From: Candidatus Limnocylindria bacterium
Lineage (GTDB): Bacteria > Chloroflexota > Limnocylindria > Limnocylindrales > CSP1-4
NCBI GenBank assembly: GCA_041482475.1
Contig: JBGPDX010000001.1
Coordinates: forward strand, 1 to 47,957
Reading direction: 5' to 3'
Length of the DNA stretch: 47,957 nt
The position numbers and the translations under genes were made by a program. How positions within the stretch are numbered: the stretch's first letter is position 1; each line of letters begins with the position of its first letter. Of this stretch, positions 7,776 through 15,821 are shown one piece after another. The notes beneath the pieces were generated by a model. The model searched no databases. It was not told the origin of the DNA and worked only from the letters and a program-made list of their open reading frames with translations.

Positions 7776-10544
7776 GTGAACGCGTCCGACCCGGAACGCC
7801 GGCGCCTGACGGACGCGCGAGACGGGCGTGCCGCCTGGCGCCGCTGGGGACCGTACCTGTCCGACCGGCAGTGGGGCACGGTCCGCGAGGACTATTCGGA
7901 GGATGGCGATGCGTGGGGCTACCTGCCGCACGACCAGGCCCGATCGCGCGCCTACCGCTGGGGCGAGGACGGACTCCTCGGGATCAGCGACGACTACGGC
8001 CGGCTCAACTTCGCCGTGGCCTTGTGGAACGGCCAGGACCCGATCCTCAAGGAACGGCTGTTCGGGCTGACGGGCCCGGAAGGCAATCACGGCGAGGACG
8101 TCAAGGAGGTCTACGCCCACCTCGATGCGACGCCCACCGGTTCGTACCTCAAGGCGCTCTACCGCTATCCGCAAGGCGCGTTCCCGTATGCCGGTCTCGT
8201 CGAGGAGAGCCGCCGCCGCGACCGTTCCGTGCCCGAGTACGAGCTGAGCGACAGCGGGGTGTTCGACGAGAACCGCTTCTTCGACCTGGTCGTCGAGTAC
8301 GCCAAGGCCGACGTCGACGACATCGTCATCCGGATCGCCGCCACCAATCGCGGGCCGGACGCCGCGCCGCTCCACGTCCTGCCGACACTCTGGTACCGCA
8401 ACACCTGGTCGTGGGGGCGCCATCCGGTCGCCCCGACGATCGGCGTCGAGGACCGGCGCTCCGGCCGCGCCACGCTGCTCGCGTCGCACATCCGGATGGG
8501 CGACTACCGGTTGGTCATCGACGGCTCGCCGGAGCTGCTGTTCACCGACAACGAGACGAACGCCGAGCGGCTGTTCGGGGTTCCGAATGCATCACCCTGG
8601 GTCAAGGACGCCTTCCACGAGTTCGTCGTCGGCGGGCGGGTGGAGGCCGTGAACCCCGCCCTTCGCGGGACGAAGGCCGCGGCCCGCTTCCCGCTGACGA
8701 TCAAGCCGGGCGAGACCCGGACGCTGCGCCTTCGCCTCAGCCGGGCGCGCCACGACAACCCGTTCGAGGACGCCGACGAAATCCTCGCCACCCGGATCGC
8801 CGAAGCCGACGCGTTCTTCGCCCCGATCGCCGACGGCCTGACCGACGACGAGGCCCTCGTCCAGCGGCGGGCGTTCGCGGGCCTCATCTGGACGAAGCAG
8901 CTGTACACCTACGACGTCGCCGAGTGGCTCGACGGCGATCCCGGGGGCCCGCCACCGCCGTCATCCCGCGCACGCGGCCGGAACGCCGGCTGGCGCGAGC
9001 TGAACACGCAGGACGTGCTGTCGATGCCCGACGGCTGGGAGTACCCGTGGTTCGCGTCGTGGGACCTGGCCTTCCACATGCTGCCGATGGCCCTCGTGGA
9101 CCCGGATTTCGCGAAGGACCAGCTGGTGCTGCTGACCCGTGAGTGGTACCAGCATCCGAATGGCCAGCTGCCGGCCTACGAATGGAACTTCTCCGACGTC
9201 AATCCGCCGGTCCATGCCTGGGCGGCGTGGCGGGTCTACAAGATCGATCGCCGGATCAACGGTCGAGCCGATCGCGCCTTCCTCGAGCGCGTCTTCCACA
9301 AGCTGCTGCTGAACTTCACCTGGTGGGTCAACCGCAAGGACGCCGACGGCCACAACGTCTTCCAGGGTGGCTTCCTGGGCCTCGACAACATCGGCGTCTT
9401 CGACCGTTCGGCGGAGCTGCCGGTGCCCGGCCATCTTGGCCAGGCGGACGGCACGGCGTGGATGGGGATGTACTCGCTGAACATGCTGGCGATCGCCCTC
9501 GAGCTGGCCCGCGAGGACCGGGTCTACGAGGACGTCGCGACGAAGTTCTTCGAGCACTTCCTCTACATCGCGGGAGCCCTCAACGGCCTCGACATCGAGT
9601 CCGTGCCGCTGTGGGACGACGAGGACGAGTTCTTCTACGACGTCCTCCACCTCGACTCGGGCCCGTACGTCCCGCTCAAGGTCCGCTCGCTGGTTGGCCT
9701 GATCCCGCTGCTGGCGGTCGAGACGCTCGAGCCGGATCTCCTCGACGCGCTGCCCGAGTTCAAGCGCCGGATGGGCTGGTTCCTCCGCAATCGTCCGCAG
9801 CTCGCCTCGCTGGTGCCGTCGTGGGAGGAGCCGGGCGTCGGCCGGCGGCGGCTGCTGGCCCTGGTCCACGGACACCGGCTGAAGGCGCTGCTGGGGCGGA
9901 TGCTCGACCCGGACGAGTTCCTGTCCGACCACGGAATCCGCTCGCTGAGCGCGTGGCACCGGGATCATCCGTTCGTCCTCAACCTCGCCGGCCAGGACCA
10001 CGTCGTCGACTATGAGCCGGCCGAATCGCGGACGCCCGCCTTCGGCGGCAACTCGAACTGGCGCGGACCCATCTGGTGGCCGGTCAACTACCTGCTGATC
10101 GAGGCGCTCCAGAAGTTCGACCACTACTACGGCATGGACTTCCAGGTGCCGCTCCCCGCCGGAAGCGACCAGCTCCGGTCGATCGGCCAGGTCGCCGACG
10201 AGCTGGGGCGCCGGCTCGAGTCGCTGTTCCTGCGGGACGCCGCGGGCCGCCGGCCTTTCCGTGGCCCCGATGCGGGCTCGGCGGCGGAGGGCGCCGTCGA
10301 CGACTTCGTTCTCTTTCACGAGTACTTCGACGGCGACACGGGGCGCGGTCTGGGGGCCAGCCATCAGACGGGCTGGACGGCCCTCGTCGCCAAGCTGCTG
10401 GAGCAGCGAGCGCGGCGCCGGCGAGAGACTGGCGAATCGGCGCCGTTGCCGGAGACGACGCCGGACCCCACGGCCGACGAGGTCGTGGTCGGCAGTGATG
10501 GGCGGCGGGATTCCGTCGATCGTGTGGCCGGAGGGACGTCATGA
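7776..10544 (+). CDS. large (alpha/alpha)6-type glycoside hydrolase, GH63 / MGH1-like 'glucosidase'
   Basis: 922-aa ORF with a GTG start after GGAGGA. The N-terminal block [46 protein letters not shown] and later blocks ([29 protein letters not shown]) match my memory of this family. No signal peptide is visible. Confidence 0.7.
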   Translation: MNASDPERRRLTDARDGRAAWRRWGPYLSDRQWGTVREDYSEDGDAWGYLPHDQARSRAYRWGEDGLLGISDDYGRLNFAVALWNGQDPILKERLFGLTGPEGNHGEDVKEVYAHLDATPTGSYLKALYRYPQGAFPYAGLVEESRRRDRSVPEYELSDSGVFDENRFFDLVVEYAKADVDDIVIRIAATNRGPDAAPLHVLPTLWYRNTWSWGRHPVAPTIGVEDRRSGRATLLASHIRMGDYRLVIDGSPELLFTDNETNAERLFGVPNASPWVKDAFHEFVVGGRVEAVNPALRGTKAAARFPLTIKPGETRTLRLRLSRARHDNPFEDADEILATRIAEADAFFAPIADGLTDDEALVQRRAFAGLIWTKQLYTYDVAEWLDGDPGGPPPPSSRARGRNAGWRELNTQDVLSMPDGWEYPWFASWDLAFHMLPMALVDPDFAKDQLVLLTREWYQHPNGQLPAYEWNFSDVNPPVHAWAAWRVYKIDRRINGRADRAFLERVFHKLLLNFTWWVNRKDADGHNVFQGGFLGLDNIGVFDRSAELPVPGHLGQADGTAWMGMYSLNMLAIALELAREDRVYEDVATKFFEHFLYIAGALNGLDIESVPLWDDEDEFFYDVLHLDSGPYVPLKVRSLVGLIPLLAVETLEPDLLDALPEFKRRMGWFLRNRPQLASLVPSWEEPGVGRRRLLALVHGHRLKALLGRMLDPDEFLSDHGIRSLSAWHRDHPFVLNLAGQDHVVDYEPAESRTPAFGGNSNWRGPIWWPVNYLLIEALQKFDHYYGMDFQVPLPAGSDQLRSIGQVADELGRRLESLFLRDAAGRRPFRGPDAGSAAEGAVDDFVLFHEYFDGDTGRGLGASHQTGWTALVAKLLEQRARRRRETGESAPLPETTPDPTADEVVVGSDGRRDSVDRVAGGTS

Positions 10545-11038
10545 CGTTGCGGGAGATCCAGCAACCCATCAAGGAGCGATACCGCGACGAGCCGGATGCG
10601 GCCTTCATCACGCTGCGCGCCTCGGGCAGCTCGGCGGACGGGGCGATGAGCTGCTCCGTCGACGTCGGGCGGGCGCTCTACGCGGCCGGTGCCCACGCGG
10701 GCGTGGGCGGCGGGGGGGCGTCGGCCTGCTCCGGCGACCTGCTGCTCGGGGCGCTGGCCGCCTGCGCCCAGATCACCTGCCAGATGGTTGCCGCCAACAT
10801 GGGCCTCGACGGCCTCGCGATCGCCGTTGCCGTCGAGGGAGACCTCGACCTCCGCGGAACGCTGGGCAGCCCGGACGTAGCGGTCGGCTTCCAGGCGATC
10901 CGCCTCCGGTTCACCATCGGCGGCGACGTCCCACCGGACCGGCTGGAGCGGCTGAAGGAGCGCACCGAGCGCTTTTGCGTGGTGCTCCAGACCCTCCTCG
11001 CCCCGCCGTCGATCGACGCGACGTGGAGTGCGGCGTGA
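10541..11038 (+). CDS. OsmC/Ohr-family peroxiredoxin-like protein
   Basis: 165 aa with the two conserved Cys contexts (GDLLLGALAACAQITC and RTERFCVV). The ATG overlaps the upstream stop as ATGA. Confidence 0.85.
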   Translation: MTLREIQQPIKERYRDEPDAAFITLRASGSSADGAMSCSVDVGRALYAAGAHAGVGGGGASACSGDLLLGALAACAQITCQMVAANMGLDGLAIAVAVEGDLDLRGTLGSPDVAVGFQAIRLRFTIGGDVPPDRLERLKERTERFCVVLQTLLAPPSIDATWSAA

Positions 11039-11051
11039 GCGAGCGCGCCGC

Positions 11052-11597
11052 CTACCCCCGCTTCGAGCGCGGCTGACCCGCGTTCGACTCCCGGAGCTCG
11101 TCCCGGAGCAGATCCATCAGCAGCCCGTCGTGCCACGTTCCGTCCGGGCCGCGCTCGTACTGGCGCATCACCCCGACGGATTTGAAGCCGACCCTGGCGT
11201 AAGCCGCGATCGCCCGCCCGTTGGACGCAGCCGGGTCGATCGTCAGCCGGTGATGGCCGCGCTCGTCGAACAGGTAACGCGCCAGCGTCCGCACGACGTC
11301 GGACCCGACACCCTGACCGTGGACCGCCGTCGCCAGGAAGATGTCGATGCTGGCGTGGCGGTAATCCGGCTCCGCCTCCTCGCCGTACTGGACCTGGCCG
11401 ACGAGCTGCCCGTCGAGCTCGACCGCCAGCTCGACGTCGGCGTCGTCGTCCGGCTCACCGGCGGCTTCGACGGTGCCGCCCAGTGCCCACCAGCGCGCCA
11501 CTTCCGGCTCGGCGCGGATCTCCCGGAGTCGCGGTCGATCGGCCGCGGTCAGCGGCCTGAGCACGACGCGGTCGCCCCTGAGCGTGGGATGGTCCAT
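11052..11597 (-). CDS. GNAT-family N-acetyltransferase
   Basis: Internal ATG (complement 11595-11597) of ORF 11052..12026. Sequence MDHPTLRGDRVVLRPLTAADRPRLREI...IFLATAVHGQGVGSDVVRTLARYLFDERGHHRLTIDPAASNGRAIAAYARVGF carries the acetyl-CoA motif. The R/P-rich N-terminal part of the listed ORF overlaps the next gene and looks non-coding. Confidence 0.85.
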   Translation of the reverse strand: MDHPTLRGDRVVLRPLTAADRPRLREIRAEPEVARWWALGGTVEAAGEPDDDADVELAVELDGQLVGQVQYGEEAEPDYRHASIDIFLATAVHGQGVGSDVVRTLARYLFDERGHHRLTIDPAASNGRAIAAYARVGFKSVGVMRQYERGPDGTWHDGLLMDLLRDELRESNAGQPRSKRG

Positions 11598-11631
11598 CGC
11601 GGGTCCGTTGCGTCGGCGGGGTGACGGGGGG

Positions 11632-12645
11632 CTACGTGGAGCGGCGGCGCGACGCCCGCAGGCCGAGACCGGCGACGACCGCGGCCAGCAGCACGGCAAC
11701 GGCAAGGACCGGCCAGACGGAAGGCGCCGCGCTGCCGGCGGGATCTCCAGCCGGCGCGGGCGCCGCGGAGCTCTGCGCCGTCGGCCCGGCGACGGCTGCG
11801 GCGACGGCGGACGTCGCCGGTGACCCTGTCGTGGGCGTGGGCGTGGGGCTGGCAGCCGGCGTGGCCTGGGCGGTCGGAGCGGGCCGAGCCGTGGGCGTCG
11901 GAGTGGCCTTCGGCGGCTCCGTGGCCTTCGGTATCGTGGCCGGCGCGGCGATCGGCTGGACGGACACCCAGTCGCCCTCCCACGCCATCCGCACCCCCGC
12001 GTAGTGCCACGGCGTGAAGAAGCCACGCAGCTGGCTGGGCGTCAGCTTCGTGTCGGGGCGCATGTCGAGGCCATACGTCCGGCTCTGGAGGCCGTACAAC
12101 GGGCCGACGACGCGGACGCTCGTCACCGTGAAGTGGCTGGTGGCGGCCGGATCGGCCGTGGCGGTGAACCCGGTGAGGACCCAGGCATGGTCACCGTGCG
12201 CCACGGTGATGCCGACCGGCAGGTTGGTCCGGCGCAGGTTGGTGACGGCCGAACGCAGCGCCGAGTCGAAGCTGGTGCTGGCGACCATGTGGTAGCGGCC
12301 GTCCACGAAGTGGCGGAGGCCCGCCGCCCAGCCGGCCGGCTCGACGCCGTCCTTCAGGGGGATGAAATAGCGATCGTGCGCCCGCATGTAGTCGAAATAG
12401 CGTGACTGGCTTGCCGCGGAGTGGTCCGCCTCGTGGCGGACGATGTTGCGAACGATCTGGACGCTTGCCGCGGTGCACCACAGCCACGACTGCTGGGTCG
12501 TGAAGACACCCTGGCGGTAGAGGTCGACGCCACCCGTCCAGCGCGACGCGGCGCCAGCCGGGGTGGGGGCTGCCCCAACGGCAGCCACGACCAGGCTGGC
12601 CAACACCAGCCGCGCGACGACCCCCGGCCGGGACAGGGCTCTCAT
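11632..12645 (-). CDS. secreted papain-fold (C39-like) cysteine peptidase-like protein with a P/T/A-rich linker and C-terminal membrane anchor
   Basis: Signal peptide (MRALSRPGVVARLVLASLVVAAVGAAPTPAGA). Gln-x5-Cys nucleophile context (TTQQSWLWCTAASV) and candidate catalytic His (HGDHAWVLTGF). About 90 aa of P/T/A-rich sequence, then VWPVLAVAVLLAAVVAGLGL followed by RASRRRST. The alternative upstream ATG is at 12672. Confidence 0.6.
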   Translation of the reverse strand: MRALSRPGVVARLVLASLVVAAVGAAPTPAGAASRWTGGVDLYRQGVFTTQQSWLWCTAASVQIVRNIVRHEADHSAASQSRYFDYMRAHDRYFIPLKDGVEPAGWAAGLRHFVDGRYHMVASTSFDSALRSAVTNLRRTNLPVGITVAHGDHAWVLTGFTATADPAATSHFTVTSVRVVGPLYGLQSRTYGLDMRPDTKLTPSQLRGFFTPWHYAGVRMAWEGDWVSVQPIAAPATIPKATEPPKATPTPTARPAPTAQATPAASPTPTPTTGSPATSAVAAAVAGPTAQSSAAPAPAGDPAGSAAPSVWPVLAVAVLLAAVVAGLGLRASRRRST

Positions 12646-12687
12646 CCCCCAATGGTCGCGCCGATCGCCCATCCGCGCCAGCCCGGT

Positions 12688-13359
12688 TCAGGCCGAGGGG
12701 GCCACGACTCCGGGATCGGGCTCGCGACCGTAGACGGCCACCCGCCAGAACAGCGTGGTCCGCTCGGACCGAAGCCGCAGGCCGGCCGCCGCGACGAGGC
12801 CGTCGATCCGCGGGTTGGGATGGGCGAAGGACCGATACCGTTTCCGTCGCAGTCGCATGACGAAGTTGAGCAGCGGGACCGCCAGCCGGAACAGCCATCG
12901 GTCGCGCGGCAGGGCGATCCCGTACACCCGGCGGGCACGCGCGGCCGACAGCCCGACCAGCGCATCCGCATCGGGATAGCAGCAGATCACCCGATCCAGG
13001 GTGACGATGTCCGCGACGTCGACCTCGGCCGCGCGCCGCGTGAAGTCACCCTCGAGCACCTCGATCCGGTCGGCGAGATTGGCGCGTCGCGCCTCCGCCC
13101 GGGCGACGTCGAGGTAGGCCTTCGATGCGTCGACGAGCACCGCCCGGCCGGCGCCGGCCCGCAACAGCTCCTGATCGATGACCCCGATCCCACCGCCGAC
13201 GTCGAGCACCGTCGCGCCCTGGACCCCAAACGGCCGGATGAGCTCGAGCAGCAGCTGCGTGGTCCGGTCCGGGCCTCGCTTCCGATAGCGGTCGCGGGCG
13301 CGTTCGGCCGTCCGCCGGTCGAAGATCGAGGCGAAATCGTCGCAACCGCAGGTGTCCAT
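12688..13359 (-). CDS. class I SAM-dependent methyltransferase
   Basis: Internal ATG (complement 13357-13359) of ORF 12688..14136. Sequence MDTCGCDDFASIFD...; SAM motif I is VLDVGGGIGVID. The rest of the listed ORF is R/A-rich and overlaps the PPOX-family gene. Confidence 0.8.
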   Translation of the reverse strand: MDTCGCDDFASIFDRRTAERARDRYRKRGPDRTTQLLLELIRPFGVQGATVLDVGGGIGVIDQELLRAGAGRAVLVDASKAYLDVARAEARRANLADRIEVLEGDFTRRAAEVDVADIVTLDRVICCYPDADALVGLSAARARRVYGIALPRDRWLFRLAVPLLNFVMRLRRKRYRSFAHPNPRIDGLVAAAGLRLRSERTTLFWRVAVYGREPDPGVVAPSA

Positions 13360-13361
13360 GG

Positions 13362-13838
13362 TCAGCCCGCAGTCGTAGCGTCGTCCGCGAAGTCCCAGGC
13401 GCGAATCCGGTCCGGCACCAGGCGGATGACGACGTGTGGCTCGTTGTACCCCGCCGCGAACGCCTCGGCCGCGTCCGGGCTGATATAGCGGGCCGCGGTG
13501 CGCCGGACGACGTCGTGGAATCCGTCGACGGACAGGGTCGCCCGTCCGGAGGCGTCGACGCCGCGGTACGGCATCGTCTGCTCGGCGATCGCAAGGCTGG
13601 CCCGCGGGTTCCGCTCGAGATGGCGGACCTTGCCCTCCGAGACACCGCCCGTCCAGACATTGAAGCCGCCGTCCCGCCACTCGTGCCAGACCGGCGACAG
13701 CATGACCGTGCCGTCCTGCCGATAAGTCGCCAGCACCGCCACGATGGGCAGCTCCAGGAGGTCGCCGAGGTCGACGATCGAGAGGCCCGTCCGCATGGGC
13801 CCGATGATGCCATCCCCCGGACCAACGGCGCGACCCAT
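13362..13838 (-). CDS. pyridoxamine 5'-phosphate oxidase-family (possibly F420/FMN-dependent) protein
   Basis: Sequence LELPIVAVLATYRQDGTVMLSPVWHEWRDGGFNVWT...RNPRASLAIAE is typical of the PPOX split-barrel family. The alternative start is ATG at 13796 (MRTGLS...). Confidence 0.75.
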   Translation of the reverse strand: MGRAVGPGDGIIGPMRTGLSIVDLGDLLELPIVAVLATYRQDGTVMLSPVWHEWRDGGFNVWTGGVSEGKVRHLERNPRASLAIAEQTMPYRGVDASGRATLSVDGFHDVVRRTAARYISPDAAEAFAAGYNEPHVVIRLVPDRIRAWDFADDATTAG

Positions 13839-13924
13839 TCGAACAGGGAAGCCGGTGGGCGACCCGCGACGCGAGCCGCCACCGGCCGGAGCGTCCCGCC
13901 GTGGAGCCGGACGCCCCGCTCGAG

Positions 13925-14227
13925 CTAACCGCTCGAGCTGCTGCTCGGGCTGCTGCTCGGGCCCTGCCCGCCCATGTTCGGGCAGTTGTGGCCCGAGCCG
14001 CGGCTCGGCTTCGTCGACGGCGCCGCCGTCGCACCGTTGCCGGACGGCTGCGTGGTCGCGTTGGGGGCCGAAGACGAGCTGGGGTCAGGGCTGGCGGCCA
14101 TGACGGCCGCGACGCCTCCAACACCCAGCAGGCCAACCGCCAGGATGGCGGTCAGCAGTCCCCGACGAACGCCCGTGACCTTGCGGTCGGCGGGCGGCGC
14201 CTGTGCTGGCTGGTCGTACCAGTCCAT
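13925..14227 (-). CDS. small membrane-anchored protein, S/P-rich ectodomain (hypothetical)
   Basis: 100-aa ORF with AGGAGG 6 nt upstream of the ATG. One TM helix (GLLTAILAVGLLGVGGVAAVMA), then low-complexity S/P/T/A sequence containing GHNCPNMGG. Third codon positions are GC-rich in frame. Confidence 0.55.
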   Translation of the reverse strand: MDWYDQPAQAPPADRKVTGVRRGLLTAILAVGLLGVGGVAAVMAASPDPSSSSAPNATTQPSGNGATAAPSTKPSRGSGHNCPNMGGQGPSSSPSSSSSG

Positions 14228-14512
14228 GTGAACCTCCTGTTCGTGACGTGAATGGCTGATCGCTGGCTAACCCATAGGCGGAGACTCCCCGACGTGCGCG
14301 AACAGGACCGCAACCTTTCCGCGCTGACGATGTCGGACCGGATGCGGCGCCCCGCAGCGACGGCCGCGGTCAAGGGAACCGGTTGACCGAGTGCGCGGCG
14401 GGCGGCGGCTGGCCTGGCTGCAGCGAGGCAGACGGGGCGGGGTCATGACAACCTCCGGGTCCCGTGGGCTCGGGCACGCGTCTCCTGCCGTGGGGTGCCC
14501 CCGGCAGATGGA

Positions 14513-14548
14513 CTCGGGGCGCTTTTGCGGTGACTGGAGCGCCCCGAG
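14513..14548 (-). terminator. candidate terminator hairpin after the exporter/VOC operon
   Basis: 11-bp inverted repeat CTCGGGGCGCT / AGCGCCCCGAG with a 14-nt loop, about 66 nt downstream of the VOC stop (14614). There is no U-tract, so confidence is low. Confidence 0.35.
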
Positions 14549-14613
14549 TGGCGAGAAGGTTTGTCCGGGCTACCTTTCGGGGCGGTTACGAGGGGTCTGC
14601 CCCGTGGCCGCGG

Positions 14614-15072
14614 TCAGAAGTCGCGCCGACCCTCGAAGTGCGCCTCGACTCCCGGACGGCTCAGCTCATACAGCGCGAGGCGCTGGCCGCCGGGCGTGCG
14701 GAACGAGCACAAGGGTCCCATCGGGATCTCGAGCCTCGTCTCCTCGTGCCAGCCGCGTTCCGCCAGCCGCGCCGTCGCAGCGTCGAGGTCGGCGACGCGG
14801 TAGACGAGGATCGGCACGTCGCCGTCGAGGTGGCCGGCCAGCAGGATCCGCGGCGGCGCAGCTGTCAGCTCGACCATCGCGACGCGCGTCCCCATGCCCT
14901 CGACGGCGAACACCAGCCGGCCGCCGAGGACGTCGGTGAACCAGCGCGCGTCGGCGGCGACGTCGGCGCTCGGGATGTACAGGAAGTCGAGCTGTTCGAA
15001 CGTGGCCGTCAGCCCGTGATCTCGGCGCGCTCCGTGAACAGCGACGCGACGATGACCGCGCCGGCCAGCCAT
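14614..15072 (-). CDS. VOC (glyoxalase/bleomycin-resistance/dioxygenase) family protein; start uncertain
   Basis: The C-terminal 132 aa of ORF 14614..15771 (LTATFEQLDFLYIPSADVAADARWFTDVLGGRLVF...CSFRTPGGQRLALYE) form a VOC beta-alpha-beta-beta-beta fold. The nearest canonical start is ATG at 15070-15072 and adds 20 R-rich residues overlapping the permease. A CTG at 15010-15012, overlapping the permease stop as CTGA, fits the fold better. Confidence 0.7.
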   Translation of the reverse strand: MAGRRGHRRVAVHGARRDHGLTATFEQLDFLYIPSADVAADARWFTDVLGGRLVFAVEGMGTRVAMVELTAAPPRILLAGHLDGDVPILVYRVADLDAATARLAERGWHEETRLEIPMGPLCSFRTPGGQRLALYELSRPGVEAHFEGRRDF

Positions 15073-15821
15073 CCGAACACGACGAGCAGGGCCGTGTCGG
15101 CCGGCAACGAGGCGACGCCGTTGCCCCCGAAGCCGCCACCGTTGGTCTGGCCCGTCGCGACGGCCGCACGGGCGACGTTGAACGGCAGGTACTTGACGAT
15201 GTCCGGCAGGAAGATCGCCGCGAACGACTCGCCGAAATACAGGCCGATCCCGACGCCGATTCCCGCCAGCTGGCTCCGCGCCAGCGTCGCGACGGCGAAG
15301 CCGAGGGCGGCCTGCTCGAGCAGCGCGATCCAGCCGCGGACGAACTGCCGCGGCAGTCGGGCGAGCGTGGCGGGATCGGCGAGGTCGCCGGTCGGCACGC
15401 CGGCCAGCCGGCCGCCCACCATCGCCGCGCCGATCCCGACGAGGAAGGCGACGATCAGGCCGATCGCGACGAGGAGGGCGATGGCGGCGCACATGGCGAG
15501 CACATAGCGGCTTCGGCTTTCGCCCCGTGCAACGGCGGACTTGAGGGTCCCCCACGTCCACTCCGAGCCGGCGATCGCGGCACCATAGATGACAGCCAGC
15601 AGCCCGCCCAGCCCCAGGATGAAGGACAGGATCACGTCGTACGCCTCCGGGAACGCCAGGATCGCGAGCGCCTCTTGCGCGCCCGGCTGGTTCTGGGTGC
15701 GGCCGGCCGTCCCTCCCACGGCGATGAAGACCAGCGCCAGCAGGGCCACCAGCAGACCCAGCGTGAGCCACGTCGCGAGGCGGCGGCTGAGCTTCCGCAG
15801 ATCCGACGCGAACAGCCTCAT
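15009..15821 (-). CDS. ABC-2-type exporter permease
   Basis: 270 aa with about 6 hydrophobic helices, starting MRLFASDLRKLSRRLATWLTLGLLVALLALVF. The ATG overlaps the ATPase stop as ATGA. Confidence 0.8.
   Translation of the reverse strand: MRLFASDLRKLSRRLATWLTLGLLVALLALVFIAVGGTAGRTQNQPGAQEALAILAFPEAYDVILSFILGLGGLLAVIYGAAIAGSEWTWGTLKSAVARGESRSRYVLAMCAAIALLVAIGLIVAFLVGIGAAMVGGRLAGVPTGDLADPATLARLPRQFVRGWIALLEQAALGFAVATLARSQLAGIGVGIGLYFGESFAAIFLPDIVKYLPFNVARAAVATGQTNGGGFGGNGVASLPADTALLVVFGWLAGAVIVASLFTERAEITG

Noticed and set aside
7616-10364. Long ORFs overlapping the GH63-like gene (7616..9142 +, 7671..8489 -, 8961..10364 -, 9143..10015 +)
   Set aside because: Their translations are extremely Arg/Pro/Gly/Ala-rich with no recognisable motifs. 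They lie fully inside a gene that has strong family motifs and GC-rich third positions. These are typical off-frame and antisense shadow ORFs in high-GC DNA.
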